64,000 nucleotides of DNA. Origin: Zhongshania sp. Lineage in GTDB: Bacteria; Pseudomonadota; Gammaproteobacteria; Pseudomonadales; Spongiibacteraceae. This document shows, one piece after another, positions 55,604-62,997 of the stretch. Each line of letters begins with the position of its first letter. Positions within the stretch are counted from its first letter, which is position 1. The notes under the pieces were generated by a model, which was not told where the DNA came from, did not search any database, and saw only the letters and a list, made by a program, of their open reading frames with translations. The position numbers were made by a program, and so were the translations under genes. The stretch lies in NCBI GenBank assembly GCA_018066965.1, contig JAGPVP010000019.1, forward strand, positions 18,403 through 82,402, in the 5' to 3' direction.

Positions 55604-56612
55604 ATCCTTAGACGCGTATCGCAAATCCATATGGCCACTGCCGCAGCAACTCCAAACCAGCGACGGCAATATGCGACGCCTAGGCGTGGAAATAGAATTT
55701 ACGGGCATGGAAATCAACGCCATCGTCGACATCATTATCTCGCTGTATGGCGGCAAAGCCGAACCCGTTTCGGATTACGAAATTAATGTGGTCGACTCGT
55801 CTCTTGGTACCTTCGGCGTAGAACTCGATTTTTCTTATATCAAACGTATCAGCCGCGAACGTCACGAATCTGCAGACAATAACGATTTAGAAGAACTGGC
55901 CGAAGCCATTGTTGGCGCCATTGCCAAGCAACTAGTGCCCTTTGAAGTGGTGGCGCCACCAATTGCGATGGACGAGTTGTGGCAGCTAGAAACCCTATTT
56001 CAAAAACTGCGTGATTCAGATGCGCAAGGCACCCACGCCTCGGCTAAAAACGCCTTTGGCTTACAGCTAAATCCTGAGATGCCCGACTGTAGTGCAGACA
56101 CCATTCGCGACTACCTCCGCGCCTTCTTATGCCTATACGACTGGTTAAAAATGCGCTGCGATGTCGACTTCAGTCGTCGCCTAACGTCTTATGTTGATCC
56201 CTTTGGCAAAGACTATGTTCGACTCTTATTGCGAAGCGACTACGAGCCCGACATCAATCAATTGATCGACGACTACCTTGAATACAATCCAACTCGAAAT
56301 CGCGCCCTTGATATGCTGCCACTGTTCTCACATATCGACGACGAAAGATTGCGCCGCACAGTGCAAGACGACCGCGTAAAGCCGCGCCCAACATTGCACT
56401 ATCGACTGCCAAACAGTCTTATCGACGATCCCCAGTGGGGACTCGTTCATCCCTATCGCGACTGGCTACAAGTCGACAATTTAGCGATGGATAAACGCCG
56501 CCTAGACATGGTGTGCCGAGGCTATCGCAAATATCTCGACAACCCCACCGCCAATCTCTTCACCAACTGGGCAAACAGCGTAAGCCGCTGGTTGATTCCG
56601 GAGCTGTTGTGA
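55596..56612 (+). CDS. amidoligase family protein (Amidoligase_2, glutamine synthetase-like COOH-NH2 ligase fold)
   Basis: RRLGVEIEF, PFEVVAPP, FGLQLNPE, NPTRNRALD, RPTLHYRLP motifs. ATG 55596 with GGAG RBS overlaps the AI-2E stop. Confidence 0.82.
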   Translation: MNKSLDAYRKSIWPLPQQLQTSDGNMRRLGVEIEFTGMEINAIVDIIISLYGGKAEPVSDYEINVVDSSLGTFGVELDFSYIKRISRERHESADNNDLEELAEAIVGAIAKQLVPFEVVAPPIAMDELWQLETLFQKLRDSDAQGTHASAKNAFGLQLNPEMPDCSADTIRDYLRAFLCLYDWLKMRCDVDFSRRLTSYVDPFGKDYVRLLLRSDYEPDINQLIDDYLEYNPTRNRALDMLPLFSHIDDERLRRTVQDDRVKPRPTLHYRLPNSLIDDPQWGLVHPYRDWLQVDNLAMDKRRLDMVCRGYRKYLDNPTANLFTNWANSVSRWLIPELL

Positions 56613-57274
56613 ACAAACCCTTAATTGGCGTTACCGGCGACGATACCAATCTACCACTGGCGTGGTGGTTTATTCGCTGGGCGCTATGGCGCTGCGGCGC
56701 GGTAGCCTATCGACTTACGCCACAGCGCTGTGAGATTCCAGACCAACTCGACGGCATTATTATCAGCGGCGGCGACGATATCGATCAACGCTTATATATG
56801 CCCGACGCCCCCGATACCGCCCCCATTAATCGTGAGCGCGATCGTTTCGAAATGATGGCGCTGGAACATAGCCTCGCCAAAGATCTCCCAATTCTTGGTA
56901 TTTGCCGCGGTGCGCAATTGTTTAATATTGTCCTTGGCGGCACGCTTTATACTGATTTACGAGAGCACCGCCGCCTTACTTCCAACAAGCGCATGCTCAT
57001 ACCGCGTAAAACCCTAACGGTAGACACCCAAAGTTCGCTGTACAAAATACTCGGCAGCGAACACTGCCATATCAACAGCCTGCATCATCAGGCTATTCAT
57101 AAATTGGGCGAAGGTTTACACATCGCCGGGCGCGACGCCGACAATATTATTCAAGCAGTTGAAGCGCCCAGTCATCGCTGTCGAATCGGCGTACAATGGC
57201 ACCCAGAATACCTGCCCTTTCAAGCGCGTCAGCTACATATTTTTAAACACCTCGTTGCGAGCGCCGCGCAATGA
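56609..57274 (+). CDS. class I glutamine amidotransferase / gamma-glutamyl-GABA hydrolase family (peptidase C26)
   Basis: KPLIGVT, ISGGDDID, ERDRFE, LGICRGAQ (Cys), NSLHHQ, GVQWHPE (His-Glu); GTGA overlap with the amidoligase stop. Confidence 0.92.
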   Translation: MNKPLIGVTGDDTNLPLAWWFIRWALWRCGAVAYRLTPQRCEIPDQLDGIIISGGDDIDQRLYMPDAPDTAPINRERDRFEMMALEHSLAKDLPILGICRGAQLFNIVLGGTLYTDLREHRRLTSNKRMLIPRKTLTVDTQSSLYKILGSEHCHINSLHHQAIHKLGEGLHIAGRDADNIIQAVEAPSHRCRIGVQWHPEYLPFQARQLHIFKHLVASAAQ

Positions 57275-57696
57275 TCAGCCAATACCTGCTGATGTTTGGC
57301 GCCGCTTTTGGCGCGGCCACCCTGTTACCATTTTATTCTGAGATATTATTAGTCGCGCAACTCAGAGAAGGCTTGCATCCGGGCTGGCTATGGTTCGCCG
57401 CCACCACCGGTAACACCCTAGGCGCCGGTATAAATTGGTGGATGGGCATGAAGCTTAGCCAATATTCAGATCGCCGCTGGTTCCCCGCTCGCAAGGCCGA
57501 TCTTATACGCGCTCAAAACTGGTTTAAACGCTACGGAAAATGGACGCTGCTGATGTCGTGGATGCCCATAGGCGGCGACGCGCTCACCGTTGTTGGCGGT
57601 ATTATGCGTATTCCCGCCACCCCGTTTTTCATCCTCGTGGCCATTGGTAAGGGCATTCGTTACGCCCTTGTTATTGCCGGCGTGAATGCGCTGTGA
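57271..57696 (+). CDS. YqaA/DedA-family (VTT domain) membrane protein
   Basis: AATLLPFYSE, GNTLGAGINW..G, WFKRYG...LLMSW.PI.GD.LT..GG, GKGIRY; ATGA overlap. Confidence 0.92.
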   Translation: MISQYLLMFGAAFGAATLLPFYSEILLVAQLREGLHPGWLWFAATTGNTLGAGINWWMGMKLSQYSDRRWFPARKADLIRAQNWFKRYGKWTLLMSWMPIGGDALTVVGGIMRIPATPFFILVAIGKGIRYALVIAGVNAL

Positions 57697-57752
57697 ACTC
57701 AAGTGCAATATACGCGTACAATAGCGCTCCTTCAGCATAAGCGAATCTGAAC

Positions 57753-58289
57753 ATGGCATTAAACGCAACGCTATTTAAAACCACCTTAGACATCAGTGAT
57801 CTGCGTCGCCACTACTATCAACGCCATCAATTTACCGTAGCCCGCCACCCCTCAGAAACCGATGAAAGGATGATGCTGCGTATTCTCGCCTTTGCGCTCT
57901 ACGCTGACGAATATCTCGAATTTACCAAAGGCTTAAGTACCGACGACGAGCCCGATTTATGGCAAAAATCCCTCACCGGCGAAATCGACCTGTGGATTGA
58001 AATGGGTCTACCCAGCGAAAAGCGCGTTCGCAAAGCCCGCGCCATCGCCAAGCAAGTGATTATTTTTATTTACGGTGGCCGTACCGCGCAAATGTGGTGG
58101 GAAGAGAACCGCAATAAAATCAAGCAACACGGCAACGTCAAAATTTTTGAAGTCAGCAGCGACGACTCCACCGCGTTAAAAGATATCGCCCAGCGCACCA
58201 TGCGGTTGCAATGTACAATTGATGAAGACTCGGTGTGGATTTCAGACACTGAGAACAATATCGAAATTAAGCCGCTTGAGCTTTGCTAG
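57753..58289 (+). CDS. yaeQ: YaeQ family protein
   Basis: MAL.AT.FK, ARHPSETDERMMLR, FTKGLSTDDEPDLW, WIE.G.P. Confidence 0.95.
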   Translation: MALNATLFKTTLDISDLRRHYYQRHQFTVARHPSETDERMMLRILAFALYADEYLEFTKGLSTDDEPDLWQKSLTGEIDLWIEMGLPSEKRVRKARAIAKQVIIFIYGGRTAQMWWEENRNKIKQHGNVKIFEVSSDDSTALKDIAQRTMRLQCTIDEDSVWISDTENNIEIKPLELC

Positions 58290-58358
58290 TAGGCAATAGT
58301 GCAGCTAAATACACGCTTTATTAGCACTTAGTTAGATAAGCCGCGCAAACCCATCACC

Positions 58359-58392
58359 GTGACACACCGCTGTCACATTTCCTCCATAGTAT
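58359..58392 (+). promoter_or_regulatory. Pho box (PhoB site) plus -10 for the Na/Pi symporter operon
   Basis: GTGACAC-ACCG-CTGTCAC (11-bp period), then 10 bp, then TAGTAT, then GGAGG RBS and ATG 58424. Confidence 0.7.
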
Positions 58393-58423
58393 TTATCGCT
58401 CAATACTCAGGAGGATTAAATAT

Positions 58424-59584
58424 ATGAGCGCCCACGCCCCCAGTTTACCGGCAGATGAAGAAAAGCCCGCCACCTCCCAATGGTTATCTTGGGTGCTGGT
58501 CGTTACGCTGATTTATTTACTACTTGCCGCTGTGGGAGCCATAGGTGACGGCTTTAAAATGGCCACCGGCAACAACGCCAAAGAACTCTTTGCCTTCGCC
58601 ACCAACCCGTTTATAGGCTTAATGATAGGCCTAGTCGCCACGGCACTCATTCAAAGCTCCAGCACCGTAACCTCCATCATTGTCGGGATGGTCGCTGGCG
58701 GCTTACCCATCACCATAGCCATTCCTTTAATCATGGGCGCGAATATCGGCACTTCGCTAACCAGCACGATCGTCAGCCTCGGCCACGTCAGAAATGGTGA
58801 AGAATTTCGCCGCGCATTTTCGGCTGCCACCGTCCACGATGCATTTAACATTGTCGCCGTCGCCATATTACTACCGTTAGAACTTGCCTTCAGCCCACTG
58901 CAACACACCGCAGAAGCCTTAGCAGGCTTTGTCGCTAGCGATACCGGCGTAGACATGAAGAGCATGAACGTCATGAAAATGGTGCTATCTCCCGCATCAG
59001 ACGTACTAAACGGTGCGGTGAGCTGGATGCCAGGTAAAATATGGATGGGCGTCGCACTGATTATTATTGGCATTGCGATGATTTTATTTGTGGTGTCTGC
59101 CATCGGCAAGGTATTGCGTACCGTGATGGTGGGCAAAGCCAAAGACATCATGCACCGCAGTATCGGTCGCGGCCCCATCTCCGGCATGGCCTCAGGCGCA
59201 GCCATCACCGTATTAGTGCAATCATCGTCAACAACAACATCATTAATTGTACCGCTGGCAGGCACAGGGGTATTTAATTTAAAACAGGTTTACCCCTTCA
59301 CTCTTGGCACCAATATTGGCACCTGCATTACCGCGTTATTGGCGGCAACCGCAATCAGCGGTCCCACTGCCATTCTCGCCATGCAGATCGCCCTGGTGCA
59401 TTTATTCTTTAATATTTTTGGCATCGTCATCATTTACATGCTGCCATTTTTACGTGGCATACCACCCGCAATTGCCACTAAATTGGCAGAGCTTGCCCAG
59501 CGCAATAAACTCTACGTTGTGGCGTATATGGGCGGTGTATTTTTTGTATTGCCGCTGCTTATGATTGGTGTAACTCAGCTATAA
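58424..59584 (+). CDS. Na+/phosphate symporter (NptA / SLC34-like, no PhoU tail)
   Basis: Two QSSS signature repeats (ATALIQSSSTVTS...MGANIGTS and TVLVQSSSTTTS...LGTNIGTC), ALVHLFFN. Confidence 0.93.
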   Translation: MSAHAPSLPADEEKPATSQWLSWVLVVTLIYLLLAAVGAIGDGFKMATGNNAKELFAFATNPFIGLMIGLVATALIQSSSTVTSIIVGMVAGGLPITIAIPLIMGANIGTSLTSTIVSLGHVRNGEEFRRAFSAATVHDAFNIVAVAILLPLELAFSPLQHTAEALAGFVASDTGVDMKSMNVMKMVLSPASDVLNGAVSWMPGKIWMGVALIIIGIAMILFVVSAIGKVLRTVMVGKAKDIMHRSIGRGPISGMASGAAITVLVQSSSTTTSLIVPLAGTGVFNLKQVYPFTLGTNIGTCITALLAATAISGPTAILAMQIALVHLFFNIFGIVIIYMLPFLRGIPPAIATKLAELAQRNKLYVVAYMGGVFFVLPLLMIGVTQL

Positions 59585-59595
59585 GGAAACTGACC

Positions 59596-59814
59596 ATGCC
59601 TGTTAACAAACATCGTGAAACCGAAAACCGTATTCGTGAATTACGTCAATCCATCGACGAATTAGAGCAGCAGCTACTCGATACCAGAAAAGCGGAAAAT
59701 GCCCAACACAAGACTCTGGATCATCTCGACGAATACATCAACGCAGTCGACACCAAAGTCAGCAGCCTAAAATTATTTTGGTCTGAGCTTAAACGTGAGT
59801 GGTCATCGCTATGA
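59596..59814 (+). CDS. small coiled-coil hypothetical protein (72 aa)
   Basis: AAGGA RBS, 11 nt after the symporter stop; its stop overlaps the pstS ATG (ATGA); heptad pattern IRELRQSIDELEQQL. Confidence 0.75.
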   Translation: MPVNKHRETENRIRELRQSIDELEQQLLDTRKAENAQHKTLDHLDEYINAVDTKVSSLKLFWSELKREWSSL

Positions 59815-60791
59815 ACGCCAGACCTCAACCCTCGATTCTTAAGTACGCCAGCCGCGTCGGTATTTTATACCGCGCGCTGGCTATTATAACCTTCGCCGCA
59901 AGCCTTGCTGCTTGCGACGGGCAACCACAAGCAGCAATAGAATTATCGTCAGAAACCATAATCGCTGATGGCTCAAGCACGGTATTTCCCTTGACCAAAG
60001 AAGCGGCTCGACGCTATACACAAAAGCATGACGCCGCAGATATTCGCGTTAGTTTTTCAGGCACCACCGCAGGCTTTAAAATGTTCTGCTCTGGTAAAAG
60101 TGATATCAACAACGCGTCGCGAGCAATAAATGCAGAAGAAATCGCTGCCTGTAAAAGCAAACAAATTACCTACTTAGAACTCCCCATCGCAATGGATGCC
60201 ATCGCCTTGGTTGTGAACCCGAAAAACAGCTGGGCAAAAGACATAAGCGTTGCAGAACTTAAAACCTTATGGCGCCCTGCTGCAGAGTCCAACATCAAAA
60301 CATGGAAGGATCTTCGTCCTAACTGGCCAGACCAAAACATCGCACTATTTGGCCGTGGTAAAAATTCCGGCACATATGATTATTTCACCCAAGAAATCGT
60401 CGGCGCCACCCGCAGTAGCCGCAGTGATTACACCGCCAGCGAAGACGAAGAATTTCTTGCCAAGGGCATCGCTAAGGATGTAAACGCAATAGGATTTTTT
60501 GGTATCGGTGCCTACCATCGTCATTGGGACGAACTGAAATTACTCGCCCTAAAAACCAGTAATGGCAGCGTCGTTTATCCGAGCTTAGACACCGTTAAAA
60601 ACAGCAGCTACACGCCGCTGACAAGACCGCTCTATGTTTATGTAAATACCAAAGCATTGACCGAGAAGAAAGACCTGGGCCCATTTTTAAAAGACTATGT
60701 TGAAAGATTAGCAAACTGGATTCACTTCACAGGCTATATGCCCTTAGAAAATTCTCAATACCAACAAAACCTTAAACTGCTAAGCAAATAA
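59811..60791 (+). CDS. pstS: PstS-family phosphate-binding lipoprotein
   Basis: Lipobox LAAC, DGSSTVFP, SGT..GF..FC, NASR.I, SGTYDYF, YTASEDEE, Y.PL.RPLYVYV. Confidence 0.88.
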   Translation: MNARPQPSILKYASRVGILYRALAIITFAASLAACDGQPQAAIELSSETIIADGSSTVFPLTKEAARRYTQKHDAADIRVSFSGTTAGFKMFCSGKSDINNASRAINAEEIAACKSKQITYLELPIAMDAIALVVNPKNSWAKDISVAELKTLWRPAAESNIKTWKDLRPNWPDQNIALFGRGKNSGTYDYFTQEIVGATRSSRSDYTASEDEEFLAKGIAKDVNAIGFFGIGAYHRHWDELKLLALKTSNGSVVYPSLDTVKNSSYTPLTRPLYVYVNTKALTEKKDLGPFLKDYVERLANWIHFTGYMPLENSQYQQNLKLLSK

Positions 60792-60812
60792 TTTTTATAG
60801 TCGCTTTACAGC

Positions 60813-60848
60813 GCTCCTACATACACAACTCATCGTGTATGTAGGAGC
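60813..60848. repeat. GTAG-type REP-like palindrome (14-bp perfect inverted repeat)
   Basis: GCTCCTACATACAC-N8-GTGTATGTAGGAGC; GTAGGAGC is the head of GTAG-family REPs. Confidence 0.65.
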
Positions 60849-61017
60849 CTTGCAAGCACCGCCGCTATTTACGGCGGGCATCCGAGGTATGACCCCGAAA
60901 TGACGCCTTAGCATTGTGTCTATAGACTACGTTGCATTGCCCCACCCATAACCCCACCAAACACTGCATCATAATTAATGTCGTCGTTATTAGGTCGTGT
61001 CGGCTAGCTCAAAGCCC

Positions 61018-61265
61018 GAGGACTATGGATCCCCAATCAAGTTGGGGATGACTCGAGGTGGCGGCCATACTCGCCCCCTATCTGGCATCTAGGTGAACAC
61101 AATGATGTCGTAGGCTTTTACAAGCTGCGGTGTAACTTAAAGTTGGAGGCCTATGATTCCCCAATCCAATTGAGGACGAAGGCAAATGAGGCGTCATTAA
61201 AAACCACCGCCATACCCGCCCCCTATCGGGTATCCAGATGAGCGCAACGAATTATATATTAGGCT
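61018..61265. repeat. degenerate tandem cluster of GTCAT...ATCCA-type REP palindromes (two units, about 128-bp period)
   Basis: TGGATCCCCAATCAAGTTGGGGATGAC (61026) vs TGATTCCCCAATCCAATTGAGGACGAA (61154); GCCATACTCGCCCCCTATCTGGCATCTAGGTGA (61064) vs GCCATACCCGCCCCCTATCGGGTATCCAGATGA (61209). Confidence 0.7.
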
Positions 61266-61288
61266 CTATTTCCCAAAGTCTGAAAACC

Positions 61289-62209
61289 TTAATACAACTC
61301 AGGTATAAACATCTCTTTTGGTACCGGCTGACGAATGTAGTCCGCGTTATTTTCCCTTGCCGGTAATTCTATCAAGGGCCGCTTTACCTCTTGATACGGA
61401 ATCTGACTCAAAAGATGGCTAATGCAATTCAAGCGCGCTTTCTTTTTGTTAACAGCCTCAACCACCCACCACGGTGCCTCGTCTATATGAGTACGAGCGA
61501 GCATTATTTCTTTAGCCTTGGTGTATTGCTCCCAGCGTCGGCGCGATTCTAAATCCATGGGACTCAGCTTCCACTGTTTTAAGGGGTCATGCACACGGCT
61601 CAAAAAACGTGAGTACTGCTCTTCGTCAGAAATTGAAAACCAATATTTAATGACCTGAATACCTGAACGAGACAGCATGCGCTCAAAGTCCGGTACGGTA
61701 TGAAAGAATTCCTGATATTCATTATCGTCACAAAATCCCATCACCCGCTCTACGCCAGCGCGGTTATACCAGCTGCGATCAAACAAGACGATTTCACCCG
61801 CCGCCGGTAAATGCGACACATAGCGTTGAAAATACCACTGCGTACGTTCGCGTTCATTCGGTGCAGGTAATGCAGCTATACGACAAATACGCGGGTTTAA
61901 GCGCTGGGTGATACGTTTGATGACGCCACCCTTGCCCGCCGCATCGCGCCCCTCAAATATCACCACAACCTTATGACCGCTATCAGCCACCCAGTCTTGT
62001 AGTTTTACCAATTCGGTTTGTAGACGAAATAGCTCTTTAAAATAAAGACGACGTGCCAGCCTGCGTTCTTCTTGGATGCTTGGGTCAGCGTTATCAGAGT
62101 GCACACCTTCCTCAAAATGATCTTCTAATTCCAACTCCAACTCTTCATCGTAACTGTCGAGCAAATCGTCTTTAATCCGCTCCATCACCATGCGCTCATC
62201 CAAATTCAT
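61289..62209 (-). CDS. ppk2: polyphosphate kinase 2 (class I)
   Basis: Walker A FEGRDAAGKGG, QWYFQRY, FDRSWYNRAGVERVMGFC, WKLSPMD. Confidence 0.96.
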   Translation of the reverse strand: MNLDERMVMERIKDDLLDSYDEELELELEDHFEEGVHSDNADPSIQEERRLARRLYFKELFRLQTELVKLQDWVADSGHKVVVIFEGRDAAGKGGVIKRITQRLNPRICRIAALPAPNERERTQWYFQRYVSHLPAAGEIVLFDRSWYNRAGVERVMGFCDDNEYQEFFHTVPDFERMLSRSGIQVIKYWFSISDEEQYSRFLSRVHDPLKQWKLSPMDLESRRRWEQYTKAKEIMLARTHIDEAPWWVVEAVNKKKARLNCISHLLSQIPYQEVKRPLIELPARENNADYIRQPVPKEMFIPELY

Positions 62210-62241
62210 GCCCGTGTCCCACAGTTGATCGTCTTTCGACC

Positions 62242-62275
62242 AGCTTATTGAGTTTGTGTGACAGTTTTATGCAAG
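62242..62275 (-). promoter_or_regulatory. Pho box plus -10 upstream of ppk2
   Basis: Minus strand CTTGCAT-AAAA-CTGTCAC, then 10 bp, then TAAGCT. Confidence 0.68.
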
Positions 62276-62544
62276 ACTGAAGAGGCCTCACACAAAGTAT
62301 AAAAATTCATTACACGCTAAAACTCCAATAACCGACTTCTTGCGTAGAACGGCAATAAAACAAATATAGATAGATCTTTGCACGAGCGGGAATTTTGTTC
62401 TCTGGCAAGGAAAAATCGCACGGAATAAGGGAGTTTATACTCATAAATGACCGATTGAGTACGATTTTGCCAAAAGTAGGCGCCTTTAAGCGACGCCGGC
62501 AGAGGGCAAAATAACTATCGTGCAAAGGTCTCATAGAGGTTCCT

Positions 62545-62997
62545 ATGATCAAACAAATACGTCTGATAGCTTATGCCGCGACCGCTTTATTCGCGGGCAC
62601 CCAACTCATAGCGTGTAGCACACCGCAGCTCGGCGCCAGTAAGGGACAATTTCAAGCCTGCCCGTCTGCGCCGCATTGCGTGTCGAGCACTGAAAAAGAC
62701 AGCGATAAGTACATTGCGCCGATAGCGGTTAACTCAGCACAGGACTGGCAACGACTGCAGCAATTACTTCTGACCATGCCGCGCACCGAGGTAGCTGCAC
62801 GCGATACCAACTACCTGCATGCGGTTAGCAGCACAGCGATTATGCGCTACAAAGATGACGTGGAATTACTGTATTCACCGACTCAGAACAAAGTCGATGT
62901 CCGCAGCTCATCACGTATCGGCTACTACGATTTTGACGTGAATCGCGAACGTGTTGAAACCTTGCGCGCGCTGTTCACTGCTGACAAAAACGACTAG
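62545..62997 (+). CDS. DUF1499 family lipoprotein
   Basis: Lipobox LIAC, CPSAPHCVSS, YLHA, DDVE, VRSSSRIGYYD.DVNRERVE. Confidence 0.9.
   Translation: MIKQIRLIAYAATALFAGTQLIACSTPQLGASKGQFQACPSAPHCVSSTEKDSDKYIAPIAVNSAQDWQRLQQLLLTMPRTEVAARDTNYLHAVSSTAIMRYKDDVELLYSPTQNKVDVRSSSRIGYYDFDVNRERVETLRALFTADKND

Noticed and set aside
58359-58377. CRP site (GTGA...TCAC palindrome)
   Set aside because: The spacer is 10 bp rather than 6; a Pho box with correct -10 spacing explains it better.
58651-59265. 204-aa antisense ORF inside the Na/Pi symporter
   Set aside because: Shadow of a hydrophobic, codon-biased gene; no recognisable motifs.
60792-61288. Possible CRISPR array in the repeat-rich pstS-ppk2 gap
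   Set aside because: Only two degenerate units with a period of about 128 bp, no identical repeats with unique 30-40 bp spacers, and no cas genes; REP-like instead.
62310-62552. 80-aa minus-strand ORF between ppk2 and the DUF1499 gene
   Set aside because: Overlaps the DUF1499 start and promoter region, no RBS or family motif; likely spurious.
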